From NCBI GenBank assembly GCA_002104945.1, contig MCFH01000031.1:546028-610027 (forward strand): a stretch of DNA of 64,000 nt, read 5' to 3'. A model generated the notes under the pieces. That model worked only from the letters and a program-made list of their open reading frames with translations, had not been told where the DNA came from and did not search any database. Shown one piece after another: positions 44,031 through 59,770 of this stretch (position 1 is the first letter of the stretch; each line of letters starts with the position of its first letter). The position numbers were made by a program, and so were the translations under genes. This DNA comes from Piromyces finnis finn. Lineage: Eukaryota; Fungi; Neocallimastigomycota.

Positions 44031-45573
44031 TTATACTCGTTGAAACGTATCTGCTGCAGTATGATCAAACTGAATTGGCGATTGTTCATATTGTGGACCT
44101 TGTGGTGGTGATATAGGTGAATTTGCATCGTATTTACCTGATATTGGTATCATATCCATTGGTGAAAGTCCGATTCCTTGTACACCACCACCTTGTACCA
44201 TCCATTGTGACGCTGGAGCTGCTTGAGAATGCATCATTGGCTATTTTTTTTTTAAAAAAAAAAAAAAAGAAAATAATAATAAATATTAATTAATTGAATT
44301 TTTTAAACTAAATAAAAAAAAATAGAATTTAAGTTATTTTTCCCCTAAATCATACTTACATTCATAGAATAATGTGGAGTGCCAAGACCTATTCGAGAAA
44401 CATAATTATCAAATTCAGAAGGAATTCTTCCGAACCTATGACCATCTACACTTGGATTTGTTACATCAGAACTTCCTAATTGATTATTTAATTGACCGCT
44501 TATTGGACCTATTTGAGAAGATTGTGGATGATGTGCACTATTATTACCACTACTTAATAAGTTTTGATTTGGTCCTGGATGACTTGTATTTACGGTTAAT
44601 CGATGAACCCCGTTAGGAGCATTACCATTAATATTATGACCATTGTTTATGTTCATATTTCCTGGTATTGTAGAACTTCCTTGATTAATATTTGGAAATT
44701 GTGATGTAATAGGAATGCTAAGAGGTATGGCAGAAGTTGGAGTTATTAAATGTGTCTGATTAGTTTGATTATTATTATGATTTATGTTACTGGCTCCTGG
44801 ATGGCATTGTAATGGAGCTGGTGTTTGAGTGGTTATTCCAATTTGGTTTGGATTATGTGGTGAATTTAATTTATCGCTACTGTCATCTGATTCTTCTCCT
44901 GGATTATTTCCTTTATTTAATAACTATTGTTTTTTTTTTTTTTTAATCGGATAATTTTTTTATAATTTTATATATATAAAAAAAAAATTTAAATTATTAA
45001 TAAAAAGAAATGAAAAAAATATTTTTTTTCTTTTAAAATAATAATTTATTGTTTATGAATTTTCATTTAATATTTACTTTCATAATATCATCATTTGTTC
45101 TACTTTCATGTGGTTCATTATATTCAGTGTATCTTAATAATATACGGTCAATATCTGATGAAGCGTATTGGAATAATTTGTTATTTGCTAAAATTTTTAT
45201 TTTAATAATAATAATAAAATAAAAAAGAGAGAAAAAGAGAAAAGAAAGAAAAAGAAATTATTATTTACTTTAAAAAAAAAAGAATTTTCGAAAGCTAAAA
45301 AAATCCTTATTATTAATATTTACCAGTAAACATTATAAGTCCTACTTCACATCCACATAGAACAGATAATTCATATGCTTTTTTCATTAAACCGAATTTT
45401 CTTTTTGAAAAAGTAACCTTTTTTTTTTTTTTAATTTAATAATTTAATACAATAAATTAATATATTTTCCTTTTTTATAAAAATATTAATTTTTTTTTTG
45501 TTTTTAAAATTATCCTAACTTGTCTATTCCTTTCATCGGTAATTTTCTTGATGGCAATCTTCTTTCTACCCAT
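44031..45573 (-). CDS. MEF2-type MADS-box transcription factor (Rlm1/Smp1-like)
   Basis: [18 protein letters not shown]|[31 protein letters not shown]|[32 protein letters not shown]. Exons 45573-45520, 45418-45324, 45187-45078, 44923-44360, 44240-44031. Confidence 0.93.
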
Positions 45574-48529
45574 ATTGATTTAATTATTGTATTTCTGAAG
45601 TTGTATTAATTTTATTTTCTTTAAAGATTTAACAAAAATAATTATTTTATTATAATTACTTTTTTATACTAAATGATTATATTAGTATTTTCCTTTTTTT
45701 TTTCCGTATTAAATTCTTATTATTATAATAGTAAGAATTATTTTTTATTTTTTTATTTTAATTGTTTGAAAAAAGGGATGTTATTCAATCAAAAATTTGA
45801 CATAAAAATTAATAGTAATAATATTATATCAAATATTTTTTTTTTTTTTTTTTTTTTTTTGATAAAATATAATATTATTTTTTCAGCTTGAAATTTTTAA
45901 TATTCAATATTTTTAAAATCGTCAAATTAACAAAATCCTGTTTGTTATATAAATATCCTATGATTATAATATTTAACTTTTTTTTTTTTTTTGGTTTTTG
46001 TTCTTTTTTTTTTCTATTTACAATTGCTTTACTATTATTTTATTAATTAAATTTAAATTTCCTTTTACTTAAAAAAAAATAAAAGGATAAAGATATTTTT
46101 TAAATACAAAAGTTTAAAGAAATATAAAAAGAATTGAATTAAAAATATAATATATATTTAATAAAAATTAAAATAATAAAACAGAAAAAAAAATAGTAAC
46201 TATTAACAAAAAATTATCGTTTAATAGAACAAGTAGAAAAAAAAAATTTTTTTTAAAGGAAATTTTAAATGGTATAAAAAAAGATATTTCGATAAATTAC
46301 TATTGTTTGTTATTAATATTACTAAATCACTACTACTACTATTATTATTATTATTACTACACTCCAAAAAAAAAAAAAAAAAAATCTTTTTTAAGAGAAA
46401 GAAAATATTGAAAGAAATTTTTTATAAAAATTTCTACATAAAAAAAAAAAATATTAATGAATAAGATTCAAGTTCATTATATATCTATAAAATTTAAATA
46501 ATTAAAAAAACTTTTTTTTCATAATCAATTTACATAAAAATTTACTGTTTTTTCACTTTTTAAATAATTTAAAAAGTTTTAATTATTAACAATAATAAAT
46601 AATAAATAATAATCATACAATTTTAAATGTTTTATTTATTTACATTAGTTTAAATTTTTTAAATACTATTAATCATAAAGTTTTAAATAATTCTATATTA
46701 TATTAATTAAATAGGAATTTTTTTTCTTTTTTTTTATTTATTATTAGAAAGAAAGTTTTATAATATCAATTATAAAATTTATTTTATTTAAATAATAAAA
46801 TATAAATCTTTAATGTTCATATTAAATTAAATAATTAAACGAAGCAAATCATTTAATGGATAATAAATTTGTTACTATTTATATCTTAATAAATCAGATA
46901 GGATGTAAATTCATATTATTTCATATAATAATTATAATCATTTCTGCATTAACATTTTGTAAATGATGAACTTTATTTTTTAAATAATTTATTTATTATT
47001 GTTATGATTATAACAACAATATTTATTGTACTATTTAAATTTACAATTATTGTTAGTATGTTTGTTTGGTGTTGTGTTGTTCGTAGTTTGTTATAAAAAA
47101 AAAAAAATACTTTTAATAAATTGAAATTTATACTACTAATCTCTTACTATTTTAATTATACCTATTATATTATTTTAAGATATTAAATGATATATCTATT
47201 TCTTTTAATACATGATAAATTATATTCTCGGTAATTTAAATAGCAAAAAAAAATAATAAATAAATAAATAAAATTTCCTAAAAACCTTTTATAAAGATAA
47301 AAAAGAATCAAATAAATTTTAATTAATAAATAAAATTTAATAATATGGAAAAAAAAATTATAATGTAATAGAATAATAGTAATACGTATAATATAAAGGA
47401 ATCGACTAAGTAGAAATGATAAAGTATAAAATAATAAAAACTAAAACTATAAAATTCATTTAATTTTAAGGTTTATGTCATCTTATATTGATTAAGGTAA
47501 AATTATTATTCACGATACTTTAACTTTATTATATATAAAATTGATGATCATTTTTTTATAAAGATTTTCTTTTTTTTTTTTTTTCCATTATATTTACTAA
47601 TATATATTATATTATATGTACATATATATATATATATATTTTTTTTTAATTGTCTAATTGTCTAATTGTTATAAGGTAACCGTTTTTAATAATACATAAT
47701 AAAAAACTTTTGTTAAAAAAAAAATAGGTAGGTAAAATATATTTAATTGTCTTTATAACATTTTTTTTTTGTACTATAAATGAATAGTATTAAAATTGTT
47801 TTTTTTTTTTACTCATAATTAAAAAAAATAATTCATCATAAATTTGACTGCGAATTATTTTATAATATTAATAATAATAATAATAATAGTAATAATCAAA
47901 GCATTTGTTTATAAAGTAATAAATTAGAGATAATATAATTATAATTATAATTACCGAGGAATTTTGAAAATGTTTTTTTCTTTTTAAAAAAAAAGGATAA
48001 AAATAGAAATAAATGCTTTAAAGATCAAATAATAAATTTTATATCATTAATAATTTAAATGTTAAGGATACATTATATATATTATATATTTTTTTATTAA
48101 ATATTATATTATATGATACATTATTTCAAGTTTTAATATCAAAGTCAATTTATTTATGAAAAACTTTAATAATTAGTATAAATTACCTTTTTTTTTTTTT
48201 TTTTTTCTTTTAAACATTTAGCCTAATTAAAATAGATAAAAAAAACTAATTGGGATAAAATTTTCTGAGTTTTAAATTGTTTTTGGGAAAAAGAATTACT
48301 GAACAATTATTTTAACACACACACAAAATAAAATAGGAAAGGAAAAAAAAAAAAATCATAAAAAATACATGAATGAATTATATAAATAAATGATGGTATA
48401 TAAAAAAATAATTTCTTATTGATTTGATAATATTGATGATATTATTTTCTTTCTAATATTTATATTATAATTATTGTAATTTAAAAGTAAATTGAAAGTT
48501 TTCTTTTTTGTAAAATAATATATATCAGA

Positions 48530-48562
<33 letters not shown>

Positions 48563-50790
48563 GAATATTAAATATTTTGGAGAAATTTTATATTTCGAAA
48601 ATTTTATATAAAAAATTTTATAAAAATCGAAAAAAAAAAATAAAATATTTTTTGCCTTTTTTTTTTAAAAAAAGTTTAATATTGATATTTTTTAATCCTT
48701 CCCGATTCATTCTACAATACTACCATGTTTTAATAAAAAAAAATAAAAAAAGGTCATTACTACAATAAAAATATAATACCTTTAAGTATATTTTTTTTCT
48801 TATTTTACAAAATAATAATTATAATAATAATAAAAAAAAAAAAAAAAACATAATTATAATTAATCATTAATAATTACATATTAAAAAAAAAAAGTTTATA
48901 ATTTTAAACTTTTTAAGGTATAATGCATGGATATAATGTCACAAAAGTATCATTAATATTTTCTTATATTTTTTATTCATTGACTTAATCTTAATAATAA
49001 AAAATAATAAAAAAAGGGAAAAAGAAAAGAAAAAAAAAATACAAAATAATAAAATGAAAAAATAACAGAAAAAAATAAAAGGAAAAAAAAAAAATATTCT
49101 AAAGCCTTTTTTTTTTCGAAAAATATAATTAAGAAAAATATAATGAATTAAATTATCAAGAAATTTAAATGGACATTTTAAATGATAATTAACTTTAAAA
49201 AGTAAAATCTTAAATTTTTTAAATCTATAAATATTATATTTTTAAAAAAAGGTTTAAGATTTTTGAAAAGTATTTGTTAATATTTTAAATATAAAAAAAA
49301 AGTTTGGATTAAGCTTTTTTTTTATTATTATTATTATTTTAATTATTTATTTATTTACTTTATTTATGATTATTTAATGATTATACATAATGATAATATA
49401 ATTATATTTAATTAAATCAAATCATAATAATACCTAATTAAAATGAATATTAAAATCGTTATTATTCTCGAGGTTCAAAAAAAAAAAAAAATAAAGTTAA
49501 AAACTATTAAAAACTTTATATTATTTTATCAAATACCAATAATATTAAAAAGAATGATAATAATAATAAAAAAGAAAATTACAATTTAAAATAATTAATA
49601 AAATAATTAAATAAATTAATAAAAAAAAAGAAATAGTATTATGAATCTTAAAAAAAAACATAAATAAATGTATAGTATCATATTTTTTTTATTAATATTA
49701 TTTTTACTATTATTCCATCTTTATTATAAAATTGTTATTCCTTTGAATAAAACCTCTCTTTTTTTTTATCAAACATTTTTATTGATTTAATTATTAAAAA
49801 AAAAAAAAGTATCAGTTAATTCCTTTTCCTTAATTTTTTTATCCTATTTTACCAAGTTTCTTTTTTTTTTTTTTTTTATACCATTTTAATTTATAGTGAT
49901 TATCACTATTAATAATAAAATTTAAAATAGAAAATCATGGTGTTACATAGTCAAATTCATAAAAAGTACTATTAAAAGAATTAAAAATAAATATTATATT
50001 TATATATATATAACCTATACCAATTTTTTTTTTTTTTTAATATTCTAATACTCTTTTGAGATTTTTTTTTTAAAATACTATTGAATTAAAACAATGATAA
50101 AGTAATTACTATTAATTAAAAAAATAATGTTAAGCATTTTTTTTTTTTTTTTAAAAAAAAAAGAAAGAAATAATTATGAATAGGAAAGGAAATATAAAAA
50201 ATATATATATATATATTTTTACATATAATCTAACAATTTCTTATATATATACACTTTTTTTTTTTTCTTTTGCCATGGAAAAAAAATAATTTTAGATTAT
50301 TAAAGCTAAGGAAAAAAAAAAAAAAGTTTAATAATTTTAAAAAGTTTTTTTACTGATAAAATAAAATATAAAAAAGATGACCTAAAGGATGAATGATTTT
50401 TTATCTACACAAAAGATAAAAGTTTTTTTTTTTTTTTTTTTTTTACTATTATTTATGTTTTATTGATTATTATGAAATTGTTAAAATTAAAAACTATTTT
50501 ATTAGATAATTTAAATAATTAGAAGATGAAAAAAAAAAAAAAATAAAATGAAATAAAAAAAATTAAAAGGATTTGTATTAACTTTATAAATAAATAAATA
50601 TATATATATATATAAAAGGATTATATAAATAAATTATTATTAAATATTATTAAATATTATTATTATTGAAATATAACAATGAGTTATTAAAAAAAAAAAA
50701 GTGAATAATAAATTTAAATGTGTGTGTGTGTGTGTGTATAAATATTTGTTAAATGATTCATTGTTCTTTATAGAATAAAAAATTTTATAA

Positions 50791-51873
50791 TTAATCTTCA
50801 TCAGATAGTTCTAAATATTGAATATCTTTAGCCTTTGCTCTTCTTTTTGATGTTGTTCTTGTACTTCTTACTCTTGATGATCGAGCTGTAGTTGGTTTTA
50901 TTTGTTCTTCTTTTTCCGGAGCCTCTGGTTTTGATTTCTTTTTTGTTTTCATTGCAGAAACTCTCGATATTGATATTGGTTCTTTTTTAGGTGATGGTGA
51001 GACTTCTTTTGATTTTATGATGGTTGATAATTCAATGGTTTGAACGGATAAACTATCCTCATCTTCCTTTGCTAAATCTTTTTCTTTTTTCTTTTCTTTT
51101 TCTTTCATTAACATCTTTTCAATATCTCTACCTTTATCTATATCTATTATTTCTATATTAATATTGTCATCTCTGATTTTTGTTAATTCATCATCGGTAT
51201 TATCCTCTTTTTGTTCACCTATGTCCTTAACATTACTTGAAAGTGAAATGACTGAAGGATCATTATTTTCATTATCATTCTTATTATCATTGTTGCTCTC
51301 TAATTCCGGTAATGGAAGATCTTTAAAATCTTCATTATTACCATTTAAGGTATCTTCCTCATCATCATTATTTTCTTCTTCATCTTCTTCTTCTTCTTCG
51401 CCGTCGTCATCATCATCAAAAGTATACTTTGGAGCTTTCTTTGATCTTGAAGAAGTTCTTAATCTTTTTAATATTGGTGATTTAATTGGTTCATTATTTT
51501 CATCTTCATCTTCATCATCCATAAAGGAATCATCATCGTCAATTTTGCGTTTCTTTGATGAACGTTTTGATGCCTTTGATGATACAGATATATTATCATC
51601 CTATTTTTTTTTTTAATATATATTTATTAACATTATTAATAAGTAAAACAACAATATTTTTACATTACGTATATAAACTTAGGTTAATAATTTGATTGCA
51701 TAATTACCATTTCCTTTTTAACTGAAGAAAGTGTATCAATATCCATGGAATCAAATGCTTTATTCGTTGAAGAAGATGTTGCTGTATTTAACCAGTTTGA
51801 TAATGTATTACTTGGTTCTTTTTATCATTATCATGTTCATTATTATTGTTATTATTATCATGTTTATTATTAT

Positions 51874-51905
<32 letters not shown>

Positions 51906-52515
51906 GATTTGTATTTAATAATTAAAAAAAAAAAAAAAATAAAGATTTATTAAATTTACAAATTTTAATTTCATGATTATTTTTTGAATATATTCATATA
52001 TATATATTTATTAAAAATTAAGAATTAAAATTATTCATTAATTTTTTTTAAATATTAATAATATTAATTTAAACTTATGTAGTGAATAATTACTTTTAAA
52101 GGAAGAATCTTTTTCTTCTTCTTCTTCTTCTTCTAATTTAACTCTTTTAAGTTTTCTTGTTCTCTTATTCGTTGTTGAAGAAACTGTGGCTGTAGAATTT
52201 TCTATAAATAGTATTAAAAAATAATAATCATTAATAAATACATATAGAGATATAGTCCATCTACAATATATATGATATTAATTAATCCATCTCATTATAG
52301 GTTTATATATTTACCAGCACTTTCTTCTAATTTTATAGAATTAAGATCATTATTAAATGTATTAATAGAACTTAATGAAGATGATTTATATAATGAACTT
52401 TGTTCTTGATCATCTTCTTTTTTGAATGAAAGCTTTGATTGAACTGATTTTGCTTTTGATGTTGCTAATTAAAAAAAAAAAAAGGAGGATTAATATTAAA
52501 TTTATAATAATTTTA

Positions 52516-52550
<35 letters not shown>

Positions 52551-53511
52551 GATAAAATTATTATTTTTTTTTTTTTCCATACATCTTTTTCTTGCTGGTT
52601 TTGCTAAGGAATACAAAAAAAAATTTTTATAAAAAATAAATAAAATAAATAAATGTATAAAATTATTTTATAGATATAATATTTATATTTTAAATTATTA
52701 AATAACCAATGTTTACTTGATGGAGTGAAATCATCATCATCATTTGCAACAGTAGATGTTCTAATGCTTGTTGAAGTTGATATGCTATCACTATCATCAT
52801 TTTCAGTCTTTATTTTTGTGGATTTTCTTGATCTTCTTTTTGGTTTTTCATTTTTACCAGTAATACCAAAGGTTGTTCTAGGCAAAGAATCAAATTCATT
52901 TTCAAGTTTCTTTTAACATATATGATTCATACAATGAGATTTATTAATTAGTATAATAAAAGATATAAAAATTATAAAAAAATTATACAAAAAAAAAAAA
53001 AAATATATAAAATTATAAAAAATTAATATAAAAAAAATTATACAATATATTTATATATATTTATATAATCATAAACTATATAATCATAATGATAGTTATA
53101 CGTACATCCCATTCATCTAAGAAATCATCTAAATCATTAAGCCATAAATCTTCAATAGTTTGAGCCATTAAACTATCTAATTCTTCTTTTTTAGCATCAC
53201 GTTCAGTTTTAAGTTTTTCAACTTTTTCATAGGTTAAACTCCAAAGTTGCATAGATAATAAATATTCAAAACCTTTTCCTTCATCTTCTGTCTCATCTTT
53301 TCCTTCTTCAACCGTGGTGGTATCATTATTTTTCTTTTTTGGAAAAACTCTTTCATAACCTTTAGAAATCATTTCTTTAACTAAATCTGCTCTTTTCTTT
53401 CTATTAATAATTAATGTACCATCTAAAATTTCCATAATAAAACGAACTTTATTATTAAGAATAAGTAATTCATTTTCAAACTCCTTGATAAGATAATCCT
53501 TTTTTATCAAG

Positions 53512-53551
<40 letters not shown>

Positions 53552-55659
53552 ATAGTATTTTAGAAATAAAAAAAAAAAAGGAAAGATTACATTAAAATTA
53601 ATGACTTTTTTTTAATTAAGAAAAAAAATTACAAACTACCATTATTATCTAAAGTTTAAATACATATAATATATATAATATATATATTATATATATATTT
53701 TATATATATTTTATAAAAATAAAAAGGATTATGTTACCTTTCTCTTTTGATACATATATCTTCTTATGTTATAAAACTCTTCCATAATATCTTCAACCTT
53801 GTTGTATTTCTTTATTCTTCCTTCTGGATCAAATAAATGCATATTTGATAAATTGATGACATTGGAAATTTTGAATTTCTTTTCTAAACCTTCTTCTTCC
53901 AATTTTTTCATCATAGATTCAGTAACAAAAATTCTAAAGTGAACTGCAGTATCTGTATGATATTCTTTGTAATCTTTAATAATAGGTGGTTGTTTTTCTG
54001 TACCAGTCATATAAGATTCTAATAATTCTTTATGATTTTGAGTCCAAGTACGAATAGGTAATTCTGTAATTTCAATAGTGGTTTCATCTATCTTATGAAT
54101 TTCACCGCTAACCTTATATTTACCTTCACCAATTAATTCAATCTTTCCCCGGAAACCTCTGTACCATGGGTGCATTGGAATAAAATCAAGTCCTCTGATT
54201 CTTCGTTTCAAATTCATGACAACATCTCTTGGATTGAAATTTGGAATACTGGTACTATAACCTGTACCAATACCTTCTGCACCATTAATAAGAACCATAG
54301 GTAAAATGGGAATATACCATTTTGGTTCAATCATTTGACCATCATCATTTAAATATTCAATGATATTATCATCTGATTTCTTGAAAATTAATCTAGCAAC
54401 TTTAGCTAATTGAGTGAAAATATAACGAGCACTAGCAGCATCCTTACCACCTTGTAAACGTGTACCGAATTGACCATTTGGAACTAACAATGGAACATTA
54501 TTACTACCAACAAAATCTTGAGCTAAATTAACAATAGCAAGAGAAAGACTTTGTTCACCATGATGGTAGGCTGTATGTTCAGCAATATAACCAGTAAGTT
54601 GGGCAACCTTAATTTCATTGGTTAAATTTCTTTTGAAACAACTGTACATAATTTTTCTTTGACCAGGTTTAAAACCATCAACTAAGGATGGAATAGAACG
54701 AATAACATCTGCCATAGAGAATTGAATTAATTCTTTATTAATAAATTCATTAATGACAATTTTGTCAACAGAGTTATCCATATAAATATCTGGGGTATAA
54801 TCTTTTAACCAATCCTTTCTTTTATCAGCATTCTTTTTTGAGAATGCCATATCTAATAATTTTCTATCATCTTGTTCAATTTCACTAAACACTTTACAAT
54901 GATGTTGCATATCTGAGAAATATTCTTTAGCTTCAGCAGCACTACTTGTACCCAAACCCTTATAGTATTTAATTTTCCAACCTTTACCATCATTATTATC
55001 CTCCTTCCATCTTTCATATTCTGGTAGAGTATAGAATGAAATGGAAGCTCTTCCTTTTCTTGTAACTTTTACAATTGGTGTAATAAATTCTAATAAAAAT
55101 CCTGGTATCTTTAATAAACTTGGCCAAAAATGATCTAAGAAATTAATTAACAATCCCTTAATGTGAGAACCATCCGTATCTTGATCCGTCATGATCATAA
55201 TATGTCCATATCTTAAACTATCTGTATTTGTATACACTTTACCATGTTGTAAACCAAGAATTTGTTTAATTGCACTAATTTCTGCATTATCCATAATAGA
55301 TTTATGTGAGGCATCACGAACATTTAACATTTTACCACGTAATGGGAATACACCATAATTATCACGACCAACGACTGTCAAACCACTAATAGCTAAGGTT
55401 TTGGCAGAATCCCCTTCCGTAAGAATTAAAACACAATCTTTTGAATATTTTGTACCAGCATTATTTGCATCATCTAATTTTGGAATACCAGAAATTCTTG
55501 ATCTTTTATGACCATCCGTCTTTTTTAACATTTGACTTTGTTTGTATTTTGCCCATGATAAAATATTATCGATAACACCACATCTTAAAACTATGAGATA
55601 ATAATGATTTATCATCGAAATAAAAATAAAATAAACGTTATTAATTTTAAGGTTTCATG

Positions 55660-55690
<31 letters not shown>

Positions 55691-58436
55691 TATGTGTATT
55701 ATATATGTATTATATATAAATGTAAATGGATAAATAATATTAATATTACGCTAATAAAATAAATGATACGATGATGATAAAAATACTTGATCAATTTACA
55801 AAGAATAAATAAAAAAAAATATCTACTAATTGATCAATAATAATAATAATAATAATAATAATTATCTTTTTCTTTTTACCTTTAGTAATAAAGTTATCAC
55901 TCACAGGACATTTTGAACCAAATGAACTAGCTCTTAAAGTCAAGGTTTCCTTTGTTTGAGAATCAAAAGCAGGATTTTCAATTAATGAATTAATAAATAC
56001 CCATAAATGATTCTTAACTTGGAATGGTTTTATCGATATATTTTTATTCTTTTTCTTAAGAGAATCAATTAATTTTGAGGTAATTTGATCGGCAACATAA
56101 TTAACATGAGTTCCCCCCTTTACTGTACAAATAGAGTTAACAAAACTAACCTATGATATTAAAATAAATTGGGATTAATACTATTTAATATACGATTATC
56201 AAAACCAAATAATAATAATACTATTTAATTTACAATTATACTATTGATAAATTAAATAGAAACATTGTTTATAGTGTAAACATTTCTTTTATTTTTAATA
56301 AATAATAGTTTCTTATGAGATATTAAAAAAAATAAATATTTCCTTTTGAAAATTTGTTCAACTTACTTGTTGAAATTGACCATCACTCATAGAAAAGGCA
56401 ACTTCCCATCTTTCATTAACTCTTTCATAAATAATATTTTGATTTTGATTTGGCATATTTCCAAGATCATTTTCTTCACTTTCCTTCTTTGTACTATTAA
56501 TATACATTTGACAATAATCCTTAAAATTTTTAATCTTAATTCTTTCATCATTTAAATAAACCTTAACACCAGATACACATCCAGCAATATCATAAACTCT
56601 TTTTAATAATAATGCCTCAAAATCTTCATCCATTTTTTCCATACCAAATTTTTTTAAATCAGGTTTAAATGTAATTTTTGTAAAATCATCTTTTGTAGCA
56701 TTGGTTAACTTTGGTTTTGATTTCTTACTCATATTATCATTGAATACCTAGTTTATTAATTATGGATAGGAATAAAAACAATGTAATAATAATACATATA
56801 ATGATATTATATAATATTATATCAATTTTTTATTGTTTTTTTTTTTTTTTTTTAATATATTTAAATTATTTTTGTAATGTTTTTACAATATATTTATGAT
56901 ATTTAATTATATAAAATTAAATAATAATAAAAGGGTAATGTTAGGTAATTCATATATATGTTTATTGATTTAATATTATAAACAATTATTTTTTTTCTTA
57001 ACTTACTTGTTTAAATTTTTTTCCGGCATGTTTATCAGAAGTTTCAACAATAAATTCAGTACTGAAAATATTACATAACTTTGCACCATAACCATTTCTA
57101 CCACCAGTTACTTTTTTCTCATTATCATCATAATTTGAAGATGTTAATAAATGCCCAAAAATTAATTCTGGAATATATACTTTTTCTTTTTCGTGGATTT
57201 CAACTGGAATACCCTTACCATTATTAAATACAGATATCTCATTTTCTTCACTATTAATTGTAACTTTTATAGTATCCATAGTAGGATCTCTTATCTATAC
57301 ATTTACAGTGAATTTTTTTTTTTTCATTAGATAAATTTAAATTTTGAAATTAGATTTCTTTCGTTATGAAAAAAAAAATATATTTATATATATATATATA
57401 TTCATAGTTTATCAAACCTTATTATCAGCAGCATCTAAAATAATAATTCAAAATTTTATTATATATTAAAGGTTTCAAGTAATGGTATTAAAATATTATT
57501 ATTATTATTATTATTTATTATTTATTATTTATTATTATATTATAATTATAATTCCATTTGAAAAAAGTAAATTTTATATATTTTATAAAAAAAATACTTT
57601 TAAAAAATATAGATAGAAATAGATAGATATTAGGATAAATGATAACTTACTAACTAAAATTTCATCAAAAATCTTATATAAACCAGGAACGATAGTAATA
57701 GTACGATATTCAAAAAGTTTTGTATTTTTATTGAAAACCCACATAGGATTTGAAATAAATTCTACAGATCCTATATAAGTATCAGGACGTAAAAGAATAT
57801 GTTCTAATTGCGTCTTTTTTTGATATATTTCAGTAACAGATTTTTTCGAATTAACTTGTTGTATTGGGTATGAATTTTCAGGATTGATAGGGGTATTGGT
57901 TGAAGCATCATCATTAACTGAAGTTTCAATATCAGATATAAAGTCAGATAAAGTATTTGTATCTTGTTTTGCTTCCTATATATATATATACCACAAAAAG
58001 AAAAGAAAAACAATATACAAAAATTTAAAAAAAAAAAAAAAAAATTCAAATTAAAAAAAAAAAATTGAAAATAAATTAATAAAATATTATAATATATATT
58101 TATTTATATATATTTCTCTATTTTATTTTATTTTATTTCATAAATGAAAATGATAATGACTACTATTATTAATGAACATTAAATGCTAATTAAATTAAAA
58201 AAAGAATACAATACTTTTGCTTTAGCTTTTCCTCTCCCTTTTGTTGTTTTTGTTGTACTTGCTTTAGTTGTAGATTTAGTAGTAGAAGACTTTGTTGAAG
58301 ATGCTCTTGACGAAGCCTTGGTAGTTTTTCCTTTACCTTTAGAAGTTTTTTTCTTGGTTGATTCTAAAACAAATTCATCGCTATCAGAATCATGATAGTC
58401 AACATCATTATCTGAATAATCACTATCGATATCCAT
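50791..58436 (-). CDS. TOP2: DNA topoisomerase II
   Basis: FGHLLTSSNY, GGRNGYGAKLCNIFS, VSFVNSICTVKGGTHV, ILTEGDSAK, PLRGKMLNV, MIMTDQDTDGSHIKGL, YYKGLGTS, DGFKPGQRK, AYHHGEQSL, AASARYIFT. Multi-exon with an acidic/basic C-terminal tail; ATG at 58436. Confidence 0.97.
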
Positions 58437-59770
58437 TGTCAATATATTCTAATAGTATTATGTTTTTTTTTTTTTTAATATATAATATATAATACTATTA
58501 ATATAGGTATGTGAAAAAAAAATATTTTTTTATAGCAATCTTTAGTGTTAATTTTTTTTTAATGTATTGTATTAATAATCATAAAAAAAATATAGAGTCT
58601 TTGAGTTTTTTCAAAGTTATACTATTAAATAGAATGAAAAAAATATATATAGTTTATTTACTTTTTCTTTCTTCTCTTCTCTTTTTTTTTATTTAAAATA
58701 ATATTATTCAAATTAAAATATATATAAATTATTAAAATGTGAGAAAAAAAAAAAAAAAAGAAATTTTATTTTTTATTTCAATTTCGGTTTTTATAGAAAA
58801 AAAAAAAAAAAAAGATGATATATTATTTAATAATTATATCATTTTTTCTAAATAATTTAAAATAATTGAATTTTAATTATTATAAATATATTAAAATTAA
58901 ATTAAATATTTTAGCACCATTCGTTCTGAAGATGTTACATTTTTTTTATATCATCCATTTTTTCATTTTAATTTTGTGGTACAAAAGAAAAAAATTTTTT
59001 TTTTTTTAAAAAAATACAAAAGTCATTTTAAAGTTTATTTGTTTATATAATTATTAGAGTATTATTATAACTATATTTGTTATTAAGTATTGCTATTGCT
59101 ATTATTATCTCATAGATAATTATTTGAATTCATATCAAACCACCCTTTTGACTAGGATTCCTCTTTTTTAAAAAAGAAAATGACTTTATTAAAAAAAAAA
59201 AAAATAAAGCATTTGTATTTTTAATTTTTAAAAAAAATACTTTTTATTTTATTTATATGATGATGATGGTGTTTTTTTTTTCTTTTTACGTTGAATCTTT
59301 TTTTAACAAAAAAAAAAAAGTCTACCTTTATTATCTATTTAATAAAAATAATAAATAATAACTATTTCAATCAAATAGTTTAAATTTATATAATTCTATT
59401 AAATAGAAAGATAGGCACTTTTTAAAAAAATAATAAAATAAATATTTCAATAAACGTTTATAAAAGAAATATTAATAATACATATATTTAATGATCTTAA
59501 TGTTAAATAATTATCTGATATAAATATTAATAAATATTATTAATTATGAACAATGTAAAAAATAAATAATTACGATAGTTATTTACAATATTTGATTAGT
59601 CTTTTTGTTTGGTTAACTGTTTGACGAAAGAAAGAATGAAGGGAAAAAAAAAAAACTAAAATAATATAGATGTCTACGATTGTAAAGATTTTATTCTTTA
59701 AAAAAGAAAAAAACCATTTTTATAAATTTTTATTTTCCTTTTTTTTTTCGCTTGTTCCCTTTCATTCAAT

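Noticed and set aside
51164-52916. Ser-rich plus-strand ORFs (51164-51616, 52725-52916)
   Set aside because: Antisense to acidic TOP2 C-terminal exons.
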